Origin: Schmidtea polychroa
Taxonomy: Eukaryota
Length of the DNA: 64,000 bases
Assembly: GCA_044892525.1 (NCBI GenBank)
Contig: CM097887.1
Span: forward strand, 80,206,397-80,270,396
Direction of reading: 5' to 3'
Shown here: positions 12,497 to 24,480 of the stretch, one piece after another
How positions within the stretch are numbered: the stretch's first letter is position 1
Layout of the letters: the number at the start of each line of letters is the position of its first letter
Translations under genes and position numbers: made by a program
The notes under the pieces: model-generated
Databases searched by the model: none
Seen by the model: only the letters and a program-made list of their open reading frames with translations
What the model was told of the DNA's origin: nothing

Positions 12497-15145
12497 ATGG
12501 TTTTCAAGGAGTTTCTCGATTATTTGAATAAATTCAATTTCATTCATGCTTGTGGAGTTTATGATATTTTTGATCGCTGTGTCTACATATTGACTTTCAC
12601 TTTGCTTCTCGTTTGTTCTGCAACAGTTACTATAAAATCTTATGTGCTGGAACCGATGACTTGTTATGCTCCCTCAACAATTAGCGGATCAAATGTCCTG
12701 CCATACATCAACAATTATTGCTGGATTGTTGGAACGATTCCGAAAGCTGTCCATGAACACGATTTCGACAATGAAGAATATTGGAAGTGGTTGGAGTCCA
12801 GAAAAATAAGTTAGATTTTTGAATATATTGATTATATAATATAAAGTAATATTACGACGGGGAGTGATTCAGGGATTTACTTCTGGCATCGGAACTCAGT
12901 ATTGGTAACATTCATATCTAGAATCTTCCACAAAAGGCTAATAAGAAGGATGAAATATCCACCCTATAAATCTATTTTCGATCCTACATTTTTTAACAAA
13001 AACTAAAGGTTTTTTTAAGATTATTAAAATGTATTTTATTGAATTTAAATAAAATAAATTATTGAAACCCTTAAATATGTAAATTCTTAATTTTTTAAAA
13101 TAAATTAAAGAAAGTTTTAATAAAGTCAATAAAATTTTATAAATTTTTAAATTAATAATAATTTATTTTTTACATGATTTATGCTTAATTGTAAATAAAT
13201 TTTGTCAATTATGCTCTTTTTCATTTTTTTTATTGTTCGAGGATGGGATTATAAAAGACGTAAACTGTATTTCTCGTTCTATATTTTATTGATAAAGCCA
13301 AAGAATTATAATCTCTTTAACGAATCATTTCCAGTTGTATTTTCATGATTCTATATAGTATTTATTAAAAAGCTTGACTATGAATCAGTAAATATATCGA
13401 TGTTTTTGATATTCACAAATTTTCGGTGCTGCCGTTTTCAAGTAATTTCACGAAATTCACTTGAAAAAAAAATGGAAAAGAGATCAGTGGTGAAATTTGA
13501 ATAAAAAGTTCTTATTATATATATATATATATATATATCGTTGGTTTACAAGCAAAATTCACTAAGTACATTTTCCAAGATTTTGATTTTTTGTACTAAA
13601 ATAATTTTTGCAAACCTTTTGAAAACTAAACTTAGAAGCCTAAAAAACTATTTTTTATGCACAAATTGATAGTAAATACAATTACTAAATTTTCAGATAC
13701 ACAAACTTCTTAAATATCGATTTACTAAAAACTATGTTTTTTGACTTAGTGATTTCTGCTTTTAAACCGACTATATATTGTATATACACTCATACCTCGC
13801 TTTACGGCCTAGATACGTTCCAGGAAAGTTGGCCGCAAAGCGAAACGCCGCATAACGAATGAACGCCGCAAATATACAATTCCATATAAATTCAATAGGA
13901 TTTTTGGCCGTATAACGAAACATTTTAGGCCGTAAATCGAAAAAGTGCCGTAATTAAAGTAGGCCGTTATTGCGAAAAGCCGTATAAAGAGCAGCAGTAT
14001 AGCGAGGTATGAGTGTATTGTATTTATTAGAAATTTTTGGACTATGGACCAGTAAAGATATCGATGTTTTTTTATATCTTTATTGATTCATAGTCAAGAT
14101 ATTTTTAATAAAAAGAATGTCAATTGAAAAGAAATCACGGTGAAAATTAAAAAACTTCTTATACTAGATATATTATATATAATAATATTTATTATATATA
14201 TAATAATTTCCTTTATTTACAGATTATTACCAGTGGGTTCCTTTTGTATTAGGATTACAGGCCGCTCTTCTATACATTCCCTATGTGTTTTGGGAGTGCC
14301 TCATATACAATCGACTGGGCACAAATTTACAATTTTTAATCGACCTTGCTCGAAAAGCATCTTTGGATTTCGGAGAAAGTCGACAGAGGAAAATCTCACA
14401 AATGGCCGGAAGTATATTTATCCTATTGACAACACGCAAAAGAAAGTCTAAAAAAGAAATGGGAATTCTGTCGAAGTTACCTATTTATAAAATGGAGATT
14501 GTTCTCCATTATTTATTATTGAAAGTGATCAGCATCATCATGATTTGCTCACAGTTTGTCATAATGGAGAAATTACTTAACATGAATGGCAAACATAAAT
14601 TGTTTGGGATAACATTATTGAAGGATCTCCTCAATGGCCGTTATTGGGATGTTACGAACTTGTTTCCACGAATGGCATTCTGTAGGGTTCCTTTCAAAAT
14701 GCAGAATACGAACGTTGTTAACATCACGACTCAATGTTCTCTGTCAATTAATCTCATCAATGAGAAAATATTTATTTTTCTTTGGTGGTGGTTTAGTTTA
14801 GTTGCAAGTTTACAAATTATCTCTTTATTTATCTGGGTAGCTCGATGTTTATCGTCAGATCGAAGAGTTCAGTTCATTAATCACAGTGCACAAATTAGTA
14901 GATCCTTTCCTTCCCACAGCGAACATCTCATAAAACAATTTGACAGGGATCTCATCTCAGTTGACGGAATATTTCTCATTCACATGACCAGAATCAATTG
15001 TGGTGATCTCATTTGTAATGAGCTTATCCACAAGCTTTATGAAATCCACACTGCAAGCTTGGCAAACCGAGATGATCTCAACGACTCGATTTCTCACAGT
15101 TCAGTGTACAAGGCCAAGGATATTGAAACAACTATGTTTATCTAA
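12497..15145 (+). CDS. inx: Innexin (gap junction protein); exons 12497-12809 and 14223-15145, 411 aa
   Basis: A GT-AG phase-1 join reconstitutes KINYYQWVPF. EL1 cysteines (MTCYAP, NNYCW), FPRMAFC and QCSLSINLINEKIFIFLWWW are present. The spliced length of 1236 nt is divisible by 3. Confidence 0.93.
13787..14015. mobile_element. pogo/Tigger-like MITE in the innexin intron
   Basis: Perfect TIRs CACTCATACCTCGCT / AGCGAGGTATGAGTG flanked by TA. Confidence 0.85.
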
Positions 15146-15729
15146 TGGCGGGATCAAATTTTTTGAAGTTGCATATTTTATACTCCATATCTTTATGCTA
15201 AACCTTTCATTCTGACACAATTTGTGCAGGAAATAAAACTTTTGATTTAGGAATCTTTTGATAAACTCTTAAATATTAAAATGACCTCAAATTAGAGGGC
15301 ATTGTTCTTTCAAAAGTTGTAAAATTATTATTATACTAATTTAGCTGGCGAATATATGGCCCCTCAGCTTTTCCTCTGGGCGTACTCGGGTCTCCTATAA
15401 TATTTGGCTGATTGTATCATATATAAAAATTTGGATATCTAAATTATTTCTTGTCAAGGGGATGACACTCAAACATATTAATAGCTGGAATTAAATTCAA
15501 ACAAGTGGAAAAACAGGAATTAAAAACTATAAAATGAACCAAGACAACCCCAAAATCGATAACATACTGATTAATTAGTCGAAATGTTTATGAACATTTA
15601 GCAGAAAAAAAGTCTTTGATACCCATCACATGTAGGTTGCTTTGAGTGCAAGATATTGTAAAGTCATCACGGAATACCATTGCTAGTCATGATAATAAGT
15701 TACATATGCACGGTCATCATAGTTGTAAC

Positions 15730-16072
15730 CAGGGGCGGCTCAAGAAATTTTGTCCAAGCCTAGCGCCCAAGGCGAATTTTTATGAAGCGCCTACCTTAAA
15801 GAATGCCAACTCTTAATTCAACGAGTAGGTATTTCATAATAAATTTTTTATTGAGTGAAATAAAAAATTTGTCCAATTCAAAATATAATAATATATGCAG
15901 TTTCAAAATACATAAATAATAGTACAAATTAATATAGGAGTGACAATTGTGAAAGAGAAAAATTAAAGATATCATAATAAATATTTTTTTTATATATTCG
16001 AGAAATAATTTAGAAAACTATTTTTGCGCCCTAGGCGGCCGTCAATTCGCCTATATGGTAGAGCCGTCCCTG
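15730..16072. mobile_element. hAT MITE
   Basis: TIRs CAGGGGCGGCTC / GAGCCGTCCCTG and an exact TSD GTTGTAAC at 15722-15729 and 16073-16080. Confidence 0.9.
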
Positions 16073-16484
16073 GTTGTAACTAATTTAAATCAAGTTTAGG
16101 AGGAAAAGTTTAAATGACGATAAATTGACAATTTTCATTGCAAGATATCCAAAAATTAGAAAATGTTAAAAGGGCACAACGTAGACAGGGTAAATAATAA
16201 AAAAGGTTAATTAAAAAAGTAAAAATTTGTATTATGCCTGTTGAGTTGAAGTTAAGTGTGCAATCTCCAAAAATAGAATAACGTCAATAAAATAAATCAA
16301 TAATTTTAATAATATTTTAATAATTAATTATATTAATTTTAATAAAATTAAATTAAAATAAATTTGAAATTGAATAATGGAGATCTAAAATCATTGATGA
16401 GAGACTCCATATAGAAGTGCAAGAAAAATAGAAGAATTGAGAAAGGATAGAAGTGTTATTAGTATTATTGAGAAATTTAAGAAA

Positions 16485-16605
16485 ATGCAGATATTTGTGA
16501 GAACTCTGACAGGAAAGGCAATAACTCTAGAAGTAGAAATGTGAAAACGTGAAATTAAATATAGAAAACAAAAACGGAATCCCTATAAGCATACAAAAAT
16601 TAAAA
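16485..16605 (+). pseudogene. Ubiquitin-like segment, frameshifted
   Basis: MQIFVRTLTGKAITLEVE (16/18 identical to ubiquitin), then a short deletion and frameshift, then ENVKLNIENKNGIPISIQKL aligning to [20 protein letters not shown]. Confidence 0.85.
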
Positions 16606-16619
16606 ATGAAAAGAAAATT

Positions 16620-18835
16620 CAAACGGATTACAAAGGAGAAGGAGAACAAAGGCAGGATTAAAGCAATTATTTAACGCAGTCAATGAACATTTAATGGCAG
16701 AGAATATCATTGAACGACGAAAAACGTACGAAGAAGATTATATGAGATTAATTGACGAATTCGAGGAATTAAAAATGCTATATGAAGTAAGTAAAGATGA
16801 AGCAAAAGTGAAAGTTTGAAAAAGAACTAAAACAATAGAAATTTGTTTTGAAGGACTGAGTAGAATGTTCGCCAAGAAAGCTGAAGAAAGCTTACAGGGT
16901 AACAAAACTTCTATCACCGACTTAACATGTGCACAAAAAAGGAGTTTAAGAAATCTCAAAAAGATAGGTATACCGATATTTCAAAAGAAAAGTAATGAAT
17001 ATGAGAGATGGAAAACGTTATATATGACTTGCGCAGATGAAGCTGAAGAGCCAAAGACTCAAAAGATGATATATTTAAAAATTTATGCAAATGGAGAACC
17101 AGTCCGGATTATAAGAAATTTAGGATATTCAAACGAAGCTTATGATTTTAGAAAACTATTGTAGTGGAGAAAAGCGTAGCTATCAAACATGGGAAATATA
17201 TTCAGGTCTATTAGAAATTATGAATAAAAAGATTTAAAAACTTTCGCTGAAATGATCGACACTAATAGTGAGGCTCAAAAATATAAAACGAGAAAACGAA
17301 CTAAGAAACGGCTTCTTTTTTTTCTTTTAGAAAAAAATTTGGAGAATGACCGGAATGAAAGCATAAAAGCGGATAACAAATTCTGAAAGATTGTTGGAAA
17401 GTATTTCATTGGAAGATCGAGCTTCAAAATTGAACATTGATAAGGAAGGAAGCATGACAGTAAAAACTTTAAGATTAAGATGGTTAACAGGACCGGACAA
17501 TTTTGAGTTTTCAGTGAAACAATTTCGATCGAATAAACTAACAAAAGAACCTCATTAAGTTGAATAGCTAAAATATTCGATCCTCTAGGATTTTTAAGTG
17601 CCTTTGTAGTAAGAGGAAAGCTGATAATGCAATCAACTTGGATGTCCAGAATCGATTGGGAAATAGAGATGAGCACATAATTTTGGTTTGAAGAAGAAAT
17701 CAATTTAAATGAGCTTAAAATACCTAGATGTTTAATTTATTCTGTGAATAGCGTGTGGAGCGTTCATATATTTTCCGATGCCTCTGAGAAAGCTTACGGA
17801 GTGATAGCGTATTTAAGAGAACAAACTAACAAAACCATAGAAACTAGATTTATAGCGGCTAAGTCAAAAGTCACTAGTTAAAATGGTTAGTATTCCGAGG
17901 ATGGAATTGCTAGGAGCTTGTGTCGGGTTAAAACTAGCAAAAAAAGATATCGAGAGCGATACATAATTATATCAAGGAAGTTTCATTCTGGACGGATAGT
18001 ATGGATGTTCTATATCGGATACGACATCATGCTCGAACATTCAAACAGTTTGTTAGTAATAGAGTTGGAAGCATACAGTTTGAAAAATCAGCTAACTTGT
18101 GGAAGCATGTGTTTACGAAGGAAAATCCGGCAGATCTTATTTCCCGAGGAATGTCTGCTAGGGATCTGCAAGATAAAACGGAGTGGTTGAAAGGACCAAC
18201 TTTTCTCCAATTAGGGAAAGACGAATGGCCAAAAACTGAATTTATCGACAGGCCAAAAACATGTCAAAAAATTGAGAGAGTAGTTATGCACACGAATAAG
18301 CCAGAACTAAAGAATCGGAACTTTAAATAATGTGTGAGCTGTTTCGAACCAGAATCTTATTCGGACTGGTGACAATGCGTATACGCATGAGTAGTCAAAT
18401 ATATTAACAATTGCAGATGTCAAATTGAAACAAGAAGAAAGAATCAACTGAAATTTGAAGAAATCTAAGATATTGAAATTAGAATAATCAAGGAGGATCA
18501 AGAAAAATACTTCGAAGAAGAAGTCAAACAATTGAAAAAGGTAGATCCGTTCAAGAAAAGAGTAAGTTGATAAAACTGAATCCAATTTTAGATAACGATG
18601 GCATTATCCGATGTAATAGTCGTATAGTGAACGCTGAAATTCAAACAATTAAAGCAATGTATAATTCTGAGCAATAAGAGTTGGGTCACCAGACTAATCA
18701 TTAAAGATTATCATAGGAAAGATAATCATTATGCTGGGGGTGGGGATATTAAGAACAAGACAATTAATCAAAGAATGTGAAAATAATTATCAGAAATGTA
18801 AGAGAAGAAAAGTTAAGGGAATGGAACAAATAATG
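16620..18835 (+). mobile_element. Decayed, internally deleted BEL/Pao LTR retrotransposon (gag, RT C-terminus, RNase H, integrase start)
   Basis: DUF1759-like IPIFQKKSNEYERW...KMIYLKIYANGE. Pol motifs KIFDPLGFL, HIFSDASEKAYG, SIPRMELLG, FVSNRVGSIQ and NPADLISRG. Many stops; truncated at a Buster TIR at 18836. Confidence 0.88.
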
Positions 18836-19620
18836 CAGTGTTTCTCAAAAGTGTGCGGTGAGGTTGAGCCCCGTGTGCCGCGAGACTTTTTTTCTCAAAA
18901 AATTAGTAATAAAAAAATTTTACAAAAACTATATCAAGCTTTTTACTATGAAAAAGTCGCTTATGTGGATCAAAATTACAAAAAATTTCCCAAAGAGAGG
19001 AGTGCACAAAAAATAAAAATTTAATTATAAAGAACTACCAATTTTTAAAATTTTGCACTTTTATTAGAATTTAAAGAACATGATTTTTCTTCTTTCATTA
19101 GCAGTATTCGTCACGTAAATTTACAATAATTAAGATCGATATTATAAATTTTTCAATGTATTAAAGCTTTAAAAAAATATTAAATGCTCATAATTTGATT
19201 TTTCATTGGTGTGAGCTTAGAACTTATCAATAGATTTCTTTATTTAGACATGGAAAACTTCTCTCAAAACTGAGAGTAAAACGAAAATTCAAATCTAGTA
19301 CATCAAATATGGATTTATAGCATCGGATTCCAATGGAAATCAAGTTCCGTTTTGCTTAATATGCAATGTGGGTTTGTCTAACGAAGCGCTTGTTCCGATC
19401 AAGCTTAAAAAGACATCTCGGGTCAAGGCATCCAGCTGTAAAGGACCGGCCAGTTGACTATTTTAATGGTCTTGCGGCACAGCAAAATAAGCAAGTCGCC
19501 AATTTCAGGACTTTTTAAAGGTAAATGAAAAGGCTCTGGTTGCCAGCTATAAAATCGCTCGCGAAGTGTAAGAAAGCGCACACCGAGGCCGAAATGATCA
19601 TTGCACATGCATTGGCGATC
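18836..19620 (+). pseudogene. Decayed Buster hAT 5' end with BED-finger transposase fragment
   Basis: TIR CAGTGTTTCTCAAAAG at 18836. About 19290-19620 reads YGFIASDSNGNQVPFCLICNVGLSNEALVP.KLKRHL..RHP and ALVASYKIA...KCKKAHT, with frameshifts. Confidence 0.75.
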
Positions 19621-19639
19621 ATCTTACATTATAGAAACA

Positions 19640-20140
19640 TACATACTTACTTTGATTTCACGTTGATGTTCTCATTTATAGCTCAATGAGATACATTTTA
19701 TACTATATAAATCTGAAAAGTGGAAGAAAAATTAAAAACTGCACATAAACGCAACACATATTAAAAAACACATACAAACTTTTGATTCATAGAAATATAA
19801 CGATGAGATACGTTAATAATAACTTTCTTTTAGACAATTTTTAGAAAAAAAAGATGGTTGAAAATTTTTAAAATCATATTTTTAATGAAAATATCAATAC
19901 CAGATGAATTTGGTTCAATACCTTTTCAATCCAGATTTGATTTCCCGAAAGAAGCCCCTCATATTGAGCTCAGAAAAAAATTACAAAAATTAAAAAAATT
20001 ATTTTAATCAGCGATTTTTCCCAAATGTTTTAAAAAAATACATATTTTTGGTGATTGATTTATTTATTTAATTAATTATAATTAAAAATATATCGGACAT
20101 ACATTTTTTCGAAATAATTCCAAGATAAATGTCATAAAAT
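19640..20140 (+). repeat. Dispersed repeat; inverted copy at about 30840-31290
   Basis: Long reverse-complement similarity, for example CAATCCAGATTTGATTTCCCGAAAGAAGCCC...GAGCTCAGAAA versus TTTCTGAGCTC...GGGCTTCTTTCAGGAAATTAAATCTGGATTG. Confidence 0.75.
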
Positions 20141-20699
20141 TCCTAAAAACCCTGAAAATTAATAAAAAATAATTATACTGTTGATCAAAAGTAATATTTA
20201 AGAACTTGAATAATGATCTCATATCTCATATGGATCAGAATTCAAGTCTTAAAATTTACTCCAAAAATTGACAGACCTCCACTGATAGCAAATATGTTTC
20301 TTTTCTGCAGTTTTTGCTCAATCATTCTGTGTACAGTTTACTTCCATTCAGATAACAGTAAAAATATAGCTAGATTATGACTGGTGGGTTACAGGTACTG
20401 AAAAATCTTTACCCCCTCATGCTGTTTCCAGCGTAACCCAGAATACAATTTATAGCTGACCACTTGATACCCGTTGAGCAATCAACGTTGGTACTGTATC
20501 AAGGGCTTGGGCACTAGCAAAAAGTGAGCATGCTTAGCATACTATAATTGTCTAGTACCCACTGGGGTTCACGGACTGCCGATAGAAGGCCTATGTCCGT
20601 TTTTCTTTGTCCCTATTCCGAAAATCAGCATTATGGCAAATTCGAAATACCCAGACATGAATACACCCATAATATTTATTCACAACACAAAATCAAAAC

Positions 20700-21161
20700 T
20701 CATAGGGTTATAGTCGGTTCTTTCGGTGCAGACTCTGACGAAGTAGCCTTGAGCGTCGCTTGGGCCTGACAGGCTTGGCGGATTTTCGCCCGCGCCGCTT
20801 TACCCGGCCGGATCTTCTTCTTCGGGATCTTCGACGCTGCGCATTCCTTTCGTTGGTGGAGCTGCTCATCCATAGGACGGATCCTGGAGATGACCTCTCG
20901 ATCAAGATTTTGTTGGTGCGACTGGACTTCTAGCTCTCTCACCCTCAGGCGGAGGGCCCGCAACTCAACTTGATCTTGGGCGCTCTGGAGTTGCAACTGG
21001 GTGATGAGTTTCATTCGCTTCTTCATCTCTGTGGGCGGGAACCAGGTGCCCTCGAAGTTTCGGCAATGGGCCTTAAGTCGCATTAACTTGGCCCGATACT
21101 CTTCCACCTGTTGTTGCGCCCTCTCTCTGTCGGCTCTCATTTCTTCCAGGAGTTTTATCAC
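20700..21161 (-). CDS. Orphan coiled-coil/basic ORF (about 153 aa) in a GC-rich island
   Basis: Stop-free GC-rich frame preceded by the acceptor TTATTTATTTCAG and followed by AATAAA about 20 nt after the stop (plus-strand TTTATT at 20675-20680). No recognised family. Confidence 0.55.
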   Translation of the reverse strand: MIKLLEEMRADRERAQQQVEEYRAKLMRLKAHCRNFEGTWFPPTEMKKRMKLITQLQLQSAQDQVELRALRLRVRELEVQSHQQNLDREVISRIRPMDEQLHQRKECAASKIPKKKIRPGKAARAKIRQACQAQATLKATSSESAPKEPTITL

Positions 21162-21588
21162 TGAAATAAATAAAAATTAGTATCTTTTCACACTTTCGTC
21201 AAGTATCCACGTCATATCGCTAACACCATTGTGGCAAAAGTTATAATCTCCCCGTCGCAGCCCGCATCCGTGCGCACCTAAACCCCAACTCCGGTCTTAT
21301 GAGTTTCACTAAGATGTTATGAGGTTGGTGATAATAGTCAACATCTAAAGGAATACCAGTATATACGTATACAATAAGGAAATTCGAACAATTAACTTAA
21401 TATTAATAAACAAAACATAACATAATAACATTTTCACATAAGTTAAGAGAAAATCAAATGCAGAATTGCAAGACAATCACACTTTACACTGCGAGGATAA
21501 CGAAGTCGAGACATGCTAATCATTATAGTGAGTAAGAGTCCACTCGAAGTCGTATCACAAGGCGCGGATATTTGGCCCGGCGATTATC

Positions 21589-22047
21589 TTAGTTGAAGTG
21601 GGCGGTTTTCCGCGGACGCCCACGTTTTCTCGCCGGTTCCGCTCCCCGTCGAGAAGTTCCTAAGTACTCCAGCTCCCGGCGAAGAGCTGCGGTCCGCTTT
21701 GGGTGGCACTGGGCTCGGGCGTAGCCGTCGATGTCTTCCAACTCGCCGGCCAGGACTGAGGTTTCGAGCCGGTCCAGCCGGTCCACCGCCTCCTTCACAT
21801 TGTCGAAGGCGTCACTCAGAGCCAGTGACGTATAATTAATATACGGTTCGATCTTCGGGGTCACTGGAACCACATTCTGATAGGTCCAATCGTGGATTTT
21901 GTACCATATCCACCGGGACCTTAGGCGGGCAACCTCGGCATCTTCCCGTAGTCGTACGGCTTCGTCTGTTTCCTCGCTTGGTGGTCCGCGGCTTGAATCG
22001 GAGGATGAGGGTCCGGCCTGTGCGTTCCATATCATGGTGTTGGGCAT
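21589..22047 (-). CDS. Orphan ORF (152 aa) with a C-terminal AT-hook-like RKRGRPRK
   Basis: Stop-free GC-rich frame with the acceptor TTTATCATTACAG just upstream of the ATG. No recognised family. Confidence 0.55.
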   Translation of the reverse strand: MPNTMIWNAQAGPSSSDSSRGPPSEETDEAVRLREDAEVARLRSRWIWYKIHDWTYQNVVPVTPKIEPYINYTSLALSDAFDNVKEAVDRLDRLETSVLAGELEDIDGYARAQCHPKRTAALRRELEYLGTSRRGAEPARKRGRPRKTAHFN

Positions 22048-22179
22048 ATCTGTAATGATAAAGGGACATTAACACGACTCCCTGTATATACATACTCCCT
22101 ATATATACATAATATACATTTCACCCAACAGTTCACCCACTCGACAATAGTCTTACGAATTTGATAATTAATACGATAA

Positions 22180-22420
22180 AAATGGGTAATTTACATTTTA
22201 TAAATTATATTTATAGTTCAATTTTAATGAAATAAATTTAAAGTCACCCTTACTGCTTTAGTAAGTAATACCCTAAAATTGGGTAATTTACATTTTATAA
22301 ATTAAATTTAAAGTCCGATTTTAATGGAATAAATTTAAAGTCACCCTTACTGGTTTGGTAATTAATACCATAAAAATGGGTAATTTACGTTTTATAAATT
22401 AAAGCTAAAATTATTCATTT
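22180..22420. repeat. Degenerate tandem repeat of about 100 bp, about 2.3 copies
   Basis: Recurring TAAAAATGGGTAATTTACATTTTATAAATTA...TAAATTTAAAGTCACCCTTACTG. Confidence 0.75.
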
Positions 22421-23643
22421 TAGAATCCGTTGTTTAAGTTAATTAAAATTTTAATTTGTTAACTTACTATATAGCCAGTAAATTAAAAAGAAAAACTTGG
22501 AACCAATATGGTCAGTGGAATTTATGCTGCTCTGACCCACTATGGAAAGCGGATATTGCAAATTGACTGAATTTACATTCAGCTCTTTGTGAATCCCTGA
22601 CCATAGTGGTTGTAAGTGGCTCATTCATCAGCTGATATTCGACGGGTAAGTCAACCTTTCATTTTTTAAATTTGTCTAGTTTTAGGAATGGGTTTTCAAG
22701 CCATCCATTTTGGACATGGCATTTCAGGCAGTTAACGTGTTGGGTTTATTGTCGCTTGGTATTAATCCCAGATATGCCTATATACTCAATTCGTGGGGCA
22801 TTTAAGTGGGAATTTTGGAAATTTATATTTGTTTCGGAAATTTTTCTTTCCTCGATCTATATGCCATGGGAATTTAAAACAACAATTGGACCCCGAGGGT
22901 TTCCGAGTAGCCCTCTTCTATTCATTCCTTGGTATTACTGGTGAGACTCTTTTACTTGCTAGAATGGTTTCGTAAGCAAATATTGTTGATTTCATTAAAT
23001 ATATTTTCACTTTTGTTGCATCTCATTTAAGTAATTTTTATGTATCGTAAAGTAATTTATCCAGTAATTTGGTTAACTCTTCCGGGAAATATGCATAATT
23101 AGCAATCATGAATTATTATTATTCCCAACTTTTGATCCTACTGGGCAGGTATTCTAATTCAGGTCGTTGCTCTCGGGGACCCGGTCCCTTGGCATACATG
23201 AGATCTACTTCTGGGTAACAGGGTCAAGTCTGCCAGTGTCCTGGTTTTTATATACAGATTGGAGTTATCACCACTTTAGTTGACGTTGATTGGTCCGTTC
23301 TTGAGAGAGTATGTATCACCCATTCGGTTAGTTAGGAGTAGTTCGTAGGGGTTAACCCTTGGTTTGTAGGGTTGTTACTAATAATAGAAGCGGTATTATT
23401 GGTCTAACTTTGTAACAAAAAAAAATCGATATTGTCGGTTTCGAATTTTCCTATTAATAGTAACATGCCNNNNNNNNNNNNNNNNNNNNNNNNNNNNNNN
23501 NNNNNNNNNNNNNNNNNNNNNNNNNNNNNNNNNNNNNNNNNNNNNNNNNNNNNNNNNNNNNNNNNNNNNNNNNNNNNNNNNNNNNNNNNNNNNNNNNNNN
23601 NNNNNNNNNNNNNNNNNNNNNNNNNNNNNNNNNNNNNNNNNNN

Positions 23644-23766
23644 TGATAATAATGATGGTAATGATAATCGTAATGACAATAACAACAATAATTTTTGATA
23701 ATAATGATTATAGTAATAGAGATAGTAATAATAGTGATACTTTACCAATAATAATAATGATAATGC

Positions 23767-23833
<67 letters not shown>

Positions 23834-23890
23834 CATAATCGTAACACCGAAGACAATACAACAGCAATGTTAATAATGGCAATAACGATA
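23644..23890. repeat. (AAT)n microsatellite next to an N gap
   Basis: Pure AAT run at about 23770-23832 with degenerate flanks. Confidence 0.9.
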
Positions 23891-24064
23891 AGGTTAATCC
23901 TGATAAAAAGTGTAAGTTTTATGCAGTGGGTAATAGATGTATAATCCAGGGGGGTATTCATGAAATTATTAGTTTACCATTTTAAAGACTAAGTATATAT
24001 TGCATAGGTTACTCTCAGATATTAGTATAATAGATAATGAAGGTAGGGTTCAGGGGGGGGGGAT

Positions 24065-24480
24065 GTTTATGAATATTTATAAATTAGGGATTCCATATTA
24101 TATAAGCTAAATATATATAAAAATAAGTGAACCTAGGACAATTAGGTAAATATATAATTTAGGGGCTAATTATGTAGATTTATAAATTATCATTTTAACA
24201 TTTTGTAAGTTGAATATATATCAAAAATAAATTAGGATATCTAGGTATTGGACGATAGATATATAGTTCAGAGGATCATCTATGAAAATTTATAAACTAT
24301 CATTTTTATATTTTATAAGTTAAATATATATACCCAAATAAGTTAGGATCTTTCTATATGAAAATTTATAAACTGTTATTTTAATATTTCATAAGTTAAA
24401 TATATACATCAGAATAAGTTAGGATATTGATGAATAAATATATAGTTCAAAGAACCATTTATGAAACTAGGTAAGTTATA
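24065..24480. repeat. Degenerate AT-rich tandem repeat, several copies
   Basis: Recurring TATGAAAATTTATAAA...TAAGTTAAATATATA...AATAAGTTAGGAT. Confidence 0.65.

Noticed and set aside
23652-23873. Poly-Ile ORF, and the YI-repeat ORF at 59627-59917
   Set aside because: These are translations of (AAT)n and (TA)n microsatellites.
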